From IMG/VR virus record IMGVR_UViG_3300032242_000818, positions 64,001 to 128,000 of that record: a DNA stretch of 64,000 bases; one strand, given 5' to 3'. Origin of the DNA: a virus. Of this stretch, positions 1-8,000 are shown piece after piece. The notes under the pieces were generated by a model. That model worked only from the letters and a program-made list of their open reading frames with translations, searched no databases and was not told where the DNA came from. The position numbers and the translations under genes are program-made. Positions within the stretch are counted from its first letter, which is position 1; every line of letters begins with the position of its first letter.

Positions 1-864
1 AGTATTACCTGAATCAGAAGCAAGTGCTTGGAGAACTCCAATTGCTTTCTTTTCTTCAGCTGTTGGTGTTTTATACACAGTTTTGATATTTTCAACAATC
101 GCTCCGATAGAAGGAGCAGCACCTGCTTCAAATTTAGCAGATACATCAACAGGAACAATCTTTGTACCTATTTTAATTTTAATAACATAGTCAACTAATG
201 CAGCGTTACTTTCTAGAGAAAAGTAACACTCAGTCCAACCCTTAGAAAAATTTTGCGTTAGATACCAACGTAAAGAAAGAACTTCCCCAAAGTCTTTACC
301 AATGGCTTGTTTGTCTTGTTGCTTTACAATTTTAAACGCTTTCTTTGCAGCAGCATTCATAGGAATGTTATCTCTATGAGTTGTATTTGCTGCAACGCTT
401 TCATATAATGTTTTGATACAATCTTTAACATCATTAGGAACAGATACTGCTTTAATACCAGCATAAACTGCTTTATCAAACTCAGCAAGTGTTTTAAATT
501 TCTTATCTGTCAATAGAAGTTTATCTGGAGCAAGATCTTTAGTTTTAAGACTACCTTTCTCAGTAAAGGTATTTACAATTAAGAATTGTTCTTTTGCTGC
601 GCAAGAAGCAACTGCTGTTTTTATTGTTATTAGTTTTGCTTTGTATTTACCCGAAATTGATTTTTCTTCAGTTGGAGTTAAATCTGAAATAGTCCCAACG
701 ATTTTGGCTTCTTTTAAAAGGGCATCTAAAGATCCAGGGTATGCTACTTCCACTGCATTAATCTGAGTTTGATAACGTGATTTTTTAATTGATGATTTTA
801 TTTGTTTACCCTTTAAGTAAACATCAATCTTTTTGGCAGTTGCCGTAAGTTTAGTATAATCCAT
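1..864 (-). CDS. Partial ORF (runs off the window edge); putative PD-(D/E)xK-like nuclease
   Basis: Manual translation from ATG at 864 (MDYTKLTATAKKIDVYLKG...) is open to position 1 and is not in the ORF track. Motifs IGKDFGEV...SNAALVDY...DVSAKFEAGAAPS resemble a restriction-endonuclease-like core. Confidence 0.5.
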   Translation of the reverse strand, partial: MDYTKLTATAKKIDVYLKGKQIKSSIKKSRYQTQINAVEVAYPGSLDALLKEAKIVGTISDLTPTEEKSISGKYKAKLITIKTAVASCAAKEQFLIVNTFTEKGSLKTKDLAPDKLLLTDKKFKTLAEFDKAVYAGIKAVSVPNDVKDCIKTLYESVAANTTHRDNIPMNAAAKKAFKIVKQQDKQAIGKDFGEVLSLRWYLTQNFSKGWTECYFSLESNAALVDYVIKIKIGTKIVPVDVSAKFEAGAAPSIGAIVENIKTVYKTPTAEEKKAIGVLQALASDSGNT

Positions 865-889
865 AGTAACCTAATAATCTATAATTTGA

Positions 890-896
890 TATTTAG
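890..896 (-). promoter_or_regulatory. T4-type late promoter (CTAAATA)
   Basis: TAAATA core about 25 nt upstream of the ATG at 864; the same motif precedes structural genes. Confidence 0.5.
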
Positions 897-1588
897 GTCA
901 GTCTATTATACTTGCGATCCCATTTACCTATCTGGTCTATGATCTTACGAGTGGCTTGATTGTTTCTTAAATCATAGTTAAATGTTTTTAAGAAATAGTG
1001 AAGTGTAGAAGAATCTCGTTTCTTTAAGTAACGATTCAACAGGATGTTGATATCTACATTTGGTCTGCGCATTTTATAGTCTAGATACACACAATGCGCA
1101 TATGCTTGTATCTCATCAAACTCAGAGAGATATGCTCTCTGTTCATCTTTCTTAGCGTTTCCTACTTTCTTATAGGGAACTACATAATTGCTCCATTCAT
1201 CACCACGTCTATCATATTGCATAAAATGAATCATCTCATGCATCAGAGTTTGTAGTAAACGAAATTTAAATGATGCCCAAGATTTATCGCTGAATGGGAA
1301 TATGTTATATTTTTGTGTATAGATTTGAAGAGTTATCTGGCGTTTTTCTGTGTCATACTCGCCACCGATAGCCACATAGTTTTCAGTCCACTTTGCTTTG
1401 GACTTTTCTTTGCGCCACTCAATTTTAGTGCGCCATTTTCTTACGTAATTTGATAACCCTATTGGATTGTTTTTATAAGAATCTAGATCCACCCATACTT
1501 TTGATGGAATGAGTTTTGCTCTGAATGGACGCTCATAGAAATTGAGTAAGTCCAGCCAGTCGTAAGTTGCGTTCTCTAGGAATTTCAT
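893..1588 (-). CDS. Putative zincin-type metallopeptidase
   Basis: HEMIH (HExxH) motif followed by EIQAYA. Confidence 0.55.
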   Translation of the reverse strand: MKFLENATYDWLDLLNFYERPFRAKLIPSKVWVDLDSYKNNPIGLSNYVRKWRTKIEWRKEKSKAKWTENYVAIGGEYDTEKRQITLQIYTQKYNIFPFSDKSWASFKFRLLQTLMHEMIHFMQYDRRGDEWSNYVVPYKKVGNAKKDEQRAYLSEFDEIQAYAHCVYLDYKMRRPNVDINILLNRYLKKRDSSTLHYFLKTFNYDLRNNQATRKIIDQIGKWDRKYNRLT

Positions 1589-1608
1589 GGTTCCCAGAAG
1601 ATACTTGC

Positions 1609-2217
1609 TTAACTAAATTGCTTCTCCAAAAATGCAAGAACCTTCCCCTGCTCCTCTAAGTTAGTATTTGCAAACTCAGTAATATATGGCATAAGGTCAA
1701 AATTAGACATCAAGTTACTATATTTAGTTTCTCTTCCACGTAGGAATTGCTCGGACTGATCGGATCCACGATCTCGATATCTTTGTTCTAGGATATCCTT
1801 TGGAGCCTTTAAAAATACCACTTCTAGTTGGGTGTTCGGGAGACACATACAGAACTCTAGGAATGATTGGTTAAAAACCCTATCTCCCTCGAAAAGGATA
1901 TTACAGTTGTGGGAAGCGACCCATTCTTGAAGAGGTGGTTGAACAGCCATAGAAAGTCGATCGGTTCCAGCAAAGGTTTCGCCCTCGTCATATTTACCGA
2001 GGATGTATAGATCTCGTTCTGTATTATAAGAGGCATTTACTAATTTAGCAGGAGAAACTTCTAGCCAAGTTTTATCTTCCATAAACTTACGGAACAAAGT
2101 AGTCTTGCCAGTTCCAGGAGAACCACCAACTGCGATAATCTTTCTGGTCTTCATAGGATTAGTTACCCTTTCTACATTAATAGTGTCAACTACACCTACG
2201 TTCTCATTAAATGCCAT
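1609..2217 (-). CDS. P-loop kinase, candidate 5-hydroxymethylpyrimidine-DNA kinase
   Basis: Walker A GGSPGTGKTT, LGKY..GETFAGTDRLS and FEGDR motifs; near an amino acid:DNA transferase. Start placed at ATG 2217 after a GAGG SD. Confidence 0.7.
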   Translation of the reverse strand: MAFNENVGVVDTINVERVTNPMKTRKIIAVGGSPGTGKTTLFRKFMEDKTWLEVSPAKLVNASYNTERDLYILGKYDEGETFAGTDRLSMAVQPPLQEWVASHNCNILFEGDRVFNQSFLEFCMCLPNTQLEVVFLKAPKDILEQRYRDRGSDQSEQFLRGRETKYSNLMSNFDLMPYITEFANTNLEEQGKVLAFLEKQFS

Positions 2218-2623
2218 TTCTAATTTCCTCAATCATTTTAATCAGTTCTTCTTTACTAAAAACCCAAACACGTCCACGAAAAGAATGTGTATCAGTATTC
2301 TGATCAGTTCTCTTTGTAAAGGTCATCTTGTTAGTAACTTCTTCTGAAGCATACTTTGATAGATTACGTTTAATCTCAGTAGCATAATCTACATTACTTT
2401 CACGTAGTTTCATAAGTTCAAACTCTTGAACTCGATGTTCAACAGTCAACTCATTTAGTGAGTAACGATCTAAAATCATTTCAACTGGTGGGCGGACAGC
2501 AATAGTTGCACCAGTGGTATTCATAGTTATAGTATTACCAGTAGTATTTGAAACTGCAATATTATTCATATCTTCCCAGATAGCATTAGTAAGCCCAGTC
2601 ATTTGTCCTTTAGTCACAGCCAT
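2207..2623 (-). CDS. Hypothetical protein
   Basis: 138-aa ORF overlapping both neighbours. Confidence 0.6.
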   Translation of the reverse strand: MAVTKGQMTGLTNAIWEDMNNIAVSNTTGNTITMNTTGATIAVRPPVEMILDRYSLNELTVEHRVQEFELMKLRESNVDYATEIKRNLSKYASEEVTNKMTFTKRTDQNTDTHSFRGRVWVFSKEELIKMIEEIRNGI

Positions 2624-3639
2624 TAAAAATTCTCCAATCCAATTAAAACAGGTTCTTCATCATCAAACATCCACTCCAAGTTTTCTATTTTACCTGAACT
2701 TAGGAAAGAAGAAAACTTTTCTTTATCAATTCCTCTTTTGTGATCAAGACGAAAGTCAATAGTCTCTTCACGTGATTGCCAAAGAACATCCCAATCAATA
2801 CCATACCAACCATCGTTTTCTGCTTTAATAATCTCTTCTGCCTGACGATCTAAGTAGTAACCAAGATAACGACCATGATGTTCTCTAAAGATTTTCTTAA
2901 AAGAACATAAGCAGGTTTCCATTGTAAAGAAGTCTACTTGCGTTTCCAAATCTGGGAATCTATCTTTGGTTTCGGTGAGAATATATCTGGCTTCTGACTC
3001 AAGATTCGTATACTCGCTACTAGTGAGTTTTCTATCCATATCGTCGTGTCTGCCGAGGGCGCAAAGTAATCCATTACGATGAGAACGAGAGCCATCAAAA
3101 TCATCCAGCATGAGACTAGTAGGGCTGATGCGAATACCAGCGGTATGCTTAAGATGCTGAAGGTAAAACCAAGTGGAATAACGACCAAACTTATGCAGCC
3201 CAGACTTAACGCTTTCCCACAGATTATCAAAGTTGACTTCCTCATTATCTCCATAAAATCTTTCCAATCTTTCTCGTTGAGATCTGCCACCAATGAACTG
3301 TTGATATGAAGCAAACATGGCAGGTAGATGCCCCTTGTTCCACTTTGTATCAGTTTGGTAGCGTAATCGTTTATAGTTTGTTGCGTTCCACTGCGTAATG
3401 CGATCAACTGTTGCTAATTCAAAATCAGGAAACTCATTCATCAATACCCATGCAGTTGGTAATTGATAAGTGTTGCCGTATAGCCAAGCGAGCCAAAGAC
3501 GTTGTTCATCATTATGCTCGTAACGCTTATTGAGATAGTTCGTGCACCAAACAGCTGGGTCACAATCATCATACTTTAATGACCATGCATACCAGCGGAT
3601 GAACGCTTCTCTATTATTTTGCGGAAGTCTGTAATCCAT
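2623..3639 (-). CDS. Amino acid:DNA transferase (aGPT-Pplase2/AADT family, HhH-glycosylase-like fold)
   Basis: DCDP, FGRYSTWFYLQ, ETCLCSFKK and YLGYYLDRQ motifs typical of this family. Confidence 0.8.
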   Translation of the reverse strand: MDYRLPQNNREAFIRWYAWSLKYDDCDPAVWCTNYLNKRYEHNDEQRLWLAWLYGNTYQLPTAWVLMNEFPDFELATVDRITQWNATNYKRLRYQTDTKWNKGHLPAMFASYQQFIGGRSQRERLERFYGDNEEVNFDNLWESVKSGLHKFGRYSTWFYLQHLKHTAGIRISPTSLMLDDFDGSRSHRNGLLCALGRHDDMDRKLTSSEYTNLESEARYILTETKDRFPDLETQVDFFTMETCLCSFKKIFREHHGRYLGYYLDRQAEEIIKAENDGWYGIDWDVLWQSREETIDFRLDHKRGIDKEKFSSFLSSGKIENLEWMFDDEEPVLIGLENF

Positions 3640-3952
3640 CTAGATGTTCAAATTCCATTTTTAATTCATTAATTAACATATTTAATTGCTTGATTGCAGT
3701 TTTCTCTTCACGAATTTCTCTTGCTGCTTTATTCTGATCATCAAAACATACGCAACAATATCCACGAACATCGTTTTTGCGTTTCCTTGTGCTTTGAGAT
3801 TTTAAATAAAATGCGCTTAGTGGTTTATATACCCTACAGCATTTACACCAAGATACTGCTCTTGATTTTGTTCCATCAAGATTAGTTACCCATGCATCTT
3901 CAGCAATTTTCCTCGTAACAACTGCTAAATTTTCTTTTCTTAAGTGTGTCAT
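3614..3952 (-). CDS. Small Zn-finger protein resembling the N-terminus of HNH/EndoVII-type homing endonucleases
   Basis: CKCCRVYKPLSAFY...GYCCVC; no nuclease domain follows. Confidence 0.5.
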   Translation of the reverse strand: MTHLRKENLAVVTRKIAEDAWVTNLDGTKSRAVSWCKCCRVYKPLSAFYLKSQSTRKRKNDVRGYCCVCFDDQNKAAREIREEKTAIKQLNMLINELKMEFEHLDGLQTSAK

Positions 3953-3971
3953 AGTGTGTTCCCAAAATTAT

Positions 3972-4000
3972 ATTTTACTATAAAAATGAATGAAAGTCAA
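3972..4000 (-). promoter_or_regulatory. sigma70-type promoter
   Basis: TTGACT-17 bp-TAAAAT upstream of the ATG at 3952. Confidence 0.6.
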
Positions 4001-4532
4001 GTTGTTTTTGATTCTCTGCAAGACTGAATAAGGTTACGCAACCACCCTTACCCTTGCGATTAACAGCCTTATTGATAGTTGTATCAGAGTAATCGTAGTC
4101 AGCATCTGCATAAGTATCTCCACCTATACGAAAGATAGATAACTGACACCCACTCTTTTGAGCACCCCAAAACTTAAATCCAAGTCGTTCATAGAAACCA
4201 ACTGCCGTCTTCTCGGATGATACTCTAAAGTAAAGAGCACCATTAGATCTTGCACGCTTCAATGAATCTTCACATAATAATCTTGCAGAACCTTTGCCTC
4301 TATGTTTTGAAAATGTATGTAAGAGTTGTAAGTTTGCTACGTGAGGTTTGGTCTTTGAGATTGTAGTAATTATGGCAGCAGTTAATTCATTACCATCATA
4401 TACGCCAATACAGCAATTCCATTGATCCTGCATATCTGCTTTGGCAACAAATGTTTTGGCAAAGTTATCTTCTTTGTCTTCAGTAATTGCTGCTATAAAA
4501 TCAGCACGTGAACACTTAGACAACTTCAACAT
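3978..4532 (-). CDS. GNAT-family acyltransferase
   Basis: HRGKGSA acetyl-CoA motif and AVGFYERLGF motif. Confidence 0.85.
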   Translation of the reverse strand: MLKLSKCSRADFIAAITEDKEDNFAKTFVAKADMQDQWNCCIGVYDGNELTAAIITTISKTKPHVANLQLLHTFSKHRGKGSARLLCEDSLKRARSNGALYFRVSSEKTAVGFYERLGFKFWGAQKSGCQLSIFRIGGDTYADADYDYSDTTINKAVNRKGKGGCVTLFSLAENQKQLDFHSFL

Positions 4533-5400
4533 ATGTTCTTACTTTTTCTCCGCGATCTTCTGGATGTTTAGTTTTCTCCCAGCCAATAAACTGAAGTAGA
4601 TCCCACTGCATTGGAGGGAATGTATAATGATTGTTTGAAATTAATTCTAATACACTTTGACCATCATTCAATGCAGCATCAAGGAAGTCTTGAACGAAAC
4701 GAAAACAAGATTCAAGTTCAGTACGATCCATTGTACCACGAAATAATCTAAACTCTACAGTATCAATATGCTTCAGTGCGTACATATTAATAGCGTAGCG
4801 GAATGGGCGACCCATTGATACTCCATCTTTACCAGCAGCGTGCATCTTAATGAATGAATCAAAGTCAGTTGCTTTGTTGATAATGTTATCTGACATATAG
4901 TCAGGCATTGCTCGACCACCATCAAACTTCAAATACATCTTTGCGCCTTTGGCACCTTTCATTTGGTTATGCTCAAAGTAACCATAGACGTGCTCAATAG
5001 TATCTGTTTGGTTTTCTTTAATGTATTTTGTTAATCGTTTCAATGCTTCGATATCGTCCCTAAGACCAGGAACTCTACAATGAATATGAGTGTGAGCGGT
5101 AACACCCACAGTGGGAGGAGTGCCATTATCATCAAACATTTTATAAAGTTCAAAATATCTGTCAACCTGTTCTTCCCAAGTCTTAGTAGGTTTTGTATTA
5201 ATCTCACCACCAACTGGTGGAGTTTCTCCAAGTGGGTCAGCGCAGACATATTTGTATGGTTCTCTTAGGTTAATAATATCTCGTTCTGAGTATTCCCAAG
5301 AACCAAGATGCTCTGGAATGGAAAAAGAGCGAGGAACATCACCCCACTCTATTTCCATACCGTATGTATATTTGTCAGTTGGATATGGTTTCAGTTTCAT
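4516..5400 (-). CDS. Amidoligase (COOH-NH2 ligase, Amidoligase_2-like)
   Basis: YGMEIEW, GEINT, HTHIH, RYAIN and TVEFRLF motifs. Confidence 0.75.
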   Translation of the reverse strand: MKLKPYPTDKYTYGMEIEWGDVPRSFSIPEHLGSWEYSERDIINLREPYKYVCADPLGETPPVGGEINTKPTKTWEEQVDRYFELYKMFDDNGTPPTVGVTAHTHIHCRVPGLRDDIEALKRLTKYIKENQTDTIEHVYGYFEHNQMKGAKGAKMYLKFDGGRAMPDYMSDNIINKATDFDSFIKMHAAGKDGVSMGRPFRYAINMYALKHIDTVEFRLFRGTMDRTELESCFRFVQDFLDAALNDGQSVLELISNNHYTFPPMQWDLLQFIGWEKTKHPEDRGEKVRTYVEVV

Positions 5401-6082
5401 AATCTACTTTCTGTAAATCTGGTTTGTTAGTTTTAACAAGATTAACATTCATTGTCATATTTGAATCAAATGTCAAGTAAGTGTTCATTGGCACTTCAAC
5501 TGCTGGAATTCTAATACCTGCACGTTTAGGAATATCCGCAGTAGAAGTAATTATAACTCCATTCACTAAAGAAGTCAAATATAATGGACGCTTACCATTT
5601 CTGAAAACAACAAGATGTTTATCATTAACTGATAACTCACAAACTGCCATAGATGCATCTGGATATTCACCAAGAGCATTTGCAGAATGTAAAACAAGTT
5701 CTGAATCATTCTTTGTTTCACAAGGGTAATGAAATAACTTACCCCAATTCTCTGGGAGTTCTTGAGTGATAACTCCGTTGTGAACAATAGAATGTGTTTC
5801 GCTTGCTATCGGCTGGTTATACAATAAATCGCTAGTACTATATCTACAGTGACCAATAAGGTAAAGATTACCGTCATCATTAACCATCTCCTCTAAATTA
5901 TCTAGATGAACAAATTTATCCGCAGGAACTGATTCCTTAAATGTAGTAATCCTACCATCTTTGATATAAGATAAACCAGTTGCATGCATTCCTCTAATCT
6001 TGGACTCGAGGAACACTTTACGGATAGATTCAAAATCCTTGGCAGTAGGATTCTGAATCAAAGCACCAATAACACTACACAT
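5375..6082 (-). CDS. Class II (Ntn) glutamine amidotransferase
   Basis: N-terminal Cys2, RGMHATG, GHCRYST, NQP, HNG, NDSE and RPL motifs. Confidence 0.85.
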   Translation of the reverse strand: MCSVIGALIQNPTAKDFESIRKVFLESKIRGMHATGLSYIKDGRITTFKESVPADKFVHLDNLEEMVNDDGNLYLIGHCRYSTSDLLYNQPIASETHSIVHNGVITQELPENWGKLFHYPCETKNDSELVLHSANALGEYPDASMAVCELSVNDKHLVVFRNGKRPLYLTSLVNGVIITSTADIPKRAGIRIPAVEVPMNTYLTFDSNMTMNVNLVKTNKPDLQKVDYETETISN

Positions 6083-6678
6083 TATTTTAACTCCAAAAAT
6101 GACATTGTGTTTTCTATACCAATACTTCCTTTAAAGAATGTATTAAAAGATAATGAAATTCTATTTTCAGAAGATAGATTAGTATCTACCGAATGTGTTA
6201 GATCAGAAGGAAACAAAATTAACATACCTTTTTTTACATTTAAATTAAATTTTTTACAATTGAATTGATTAACTATTTTTGTATTATAAAATAAATTATT
6301 TTCTTTTTTCTTGTACAATTTTATGCTTTCTGGGATGTCAGGACTAATATAATAAACTCCACTGATTATACTATTATCGTGTGTATGCATATGGTGTGAT
6401 GTGTTTGGTTTATTAACATTTATCCATGATTGTGTTACTACTAATGATACATCTGTTTCTGGACATAAAACATTTTGAACATATTCATCTAACTTTTCAG
6501 AAATCTTTTCAGATATCTCAGGCATACTATTTAAAACATATGTGTTTAAACTGTAAGAATTCCCAGAATAATGATTAAACTCAGTTTCTAATGAATTAAC
6601 AAATTCTAATTCATTATCGTTTAATAATCCAACATCTTCAATATAAAGTGGAATTGGAAATAATGGCAAGAGAGTCAT
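6082..6678 (-). CDS. 2OG-Fe(II) oxygenase (TIGR02466-like)
   Basis: SWIN, HTH, SGVYY, LFPSDLTHSV and RISLSFN motifs. Confidence 0.8.
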   Translation of the reverse strand: MTLLPLFPIPLYIEDVGLLNDNELEFVNSLETEFNHYSGNSYSLNTYVLNSMPEISEKISEKLDEYVQNVLCPETDVSLVVTQSWINVNKPNTSHHMHTHDNSIISGVYYISPDIPESIKLYKKKENNLFYNTKIVNQFNCKKFNLNVKKGMLILFPSDLTHSVDTNLSSENRISLSFNTFFKGSIGIENTMSFLELK

Positions 6679-7991
6679 TAAAAGAAACTTTCTAGTGAAG
6701 AAGCATTAGATTCTGGATGATACTTATGAAGTTCTTCAGTACCAAGTTTAGATTCTACGTAATCATACCATTCTTGAGTAGTCCACATACCCTCAGAAAC
6801 ACCATTCCATAGTGGTTTCCATAAAGGATGTTCTTTATTCAATCTACGAGATTCAACAAAGTTATAACGGCATTCTTCATACTCATGAGAACCAAGATCT
6901 AGCATCTTCTCACGGAAATAACATACCAATGATACACGCTCAGAACCTTCGTCACATTTGATTTCAGTATTACCGTGCATAACTTCATGATTATTAATTA
7001 AGAGCAAGTCACCTGGACGAACATTAACTGCAACACGATACTCAGGGGCAATCAAATATCCTCCAGTATACTTACCATCATTAGATAATGTTAGCAAGTT
7101 AGATAGACCTGAATTCAAATCACCTGCATCATAATGAGCAGCAGTTCTAAATGTTTTATTGACAGTGATAGTTGTAAATGGAGTTCCAGGAACAAGGAAT
7201 CTTGGATCTAGTTTTGATGCTGCTTCCATTTGTGCAGCAAATCGTTCTGGTAAAAGATTCTTAAAACCTTCAGAAAGATTTTGAAGGAATGGATATGACA
7301 TTTGAAACTTCTCAAAATTGTCACGGGTATAAGAAGTTGCACGACCATAAGGGATACGTGGGTAACGATCAAACCAACCAGCAATACCTGAGTTAACAGC
7401 ACTACCATAGGTAGTTGTGCTAACCATCTTCATGACTTCTTCAGTAGCCTTTGCTCGTTCTTCGCGTGTAAAAGTTTTAATTGAATCAAGCCATGCTTCA
7501 AAATCAAACTTACCACGGAAACGAGAGATGACCCATACATTATTTTTACCATCACCACCAGCCATCTTCTTATCTACTTCACGTGGATATTTGGCACGAA
7601 CAGTATCGATGACATCTTCATTATCAAGAGCAGAGTTACGATTCTTAATGAGGGCACGCATCATCTCATCTTGATAGTTTGTTACCCATTCTCTTCCTTC
7701 AGTTGTGGCAAGAATGCCATCTTTGATACCAGAAGCAAGTCCTCGATTCTCTGTTCGAATAGCTGCTTCTCTAAGTCCGACATATGCTGCATCTTGCTGC
7801 TCTTTACTAAAATAATTTTTACGAAACTTCAATACGATTCGTTTTTCTGAGATTGGATCTTCACCAAATTGTGGTGGCATATAAACATCAGTATCTTCTT
7901 CAATAAGAAAATCATAATTTGATTCGTCAACAAACTTACCAAGAAGATGTTCACAATTATGTTTTTGTTCAGCTACAATTATCTTAACCAT
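6678..7991 (-). CDS. TET/JBP-family 5-methylpyrimidine dioxygenase
   Basis: GWFDRYPR, TITVN...AAHYD (HxD), MHGNT and RVSLVCYFRE (Rx5-aromatic) motifs. Confidence 0.85.
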   Translation of the reverse strand: MVKIIVAEQKHNCEHLLGKFVDESNYDFLIEEDTDVYMPPQFGEDPISEKRIVLKFRKNYFSKEQQDAAYVGLREAAIRTENRGLASGIKDGILATTEGREWVTNYQDEMMRALIKNRNSALDNEDVIDTVRAKYPREVDKKMAGGDGKNNVWVISRFRGKFDFEAWLDSIKTFTREERAKATEEVMKMVSTTTYGSAVNSGIAGWFDRYPRIPYGRATSYTRDNFEKFQMSYPFLQNLSEGFKNLLPERFAAQMEAASKLDPRFLVPGTPFTTITVNKTFRTAAHYDAGDLNSGLSNLLTLSNDGKYTGGYLIAPEYRVAVNVRPGDLLLINNHEVMHGNTEIKCDEGSERVSLVCYFREKMLDLGSHEYEECRYNFVESRRLNKEHPLWKPLWNGVSEGMWTTQEWYDYVESKLGTEELHKYHPESNASSLESFF

Positions 7992-8000
7992 ATCTTTCTC

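Noticed and set aside
1570-2065. Clustered TCTAG(GA) words as possible iterons
   Set aside because: Short, irregularly spaced and inside coding sequence; not distinguishable from chance by eye.
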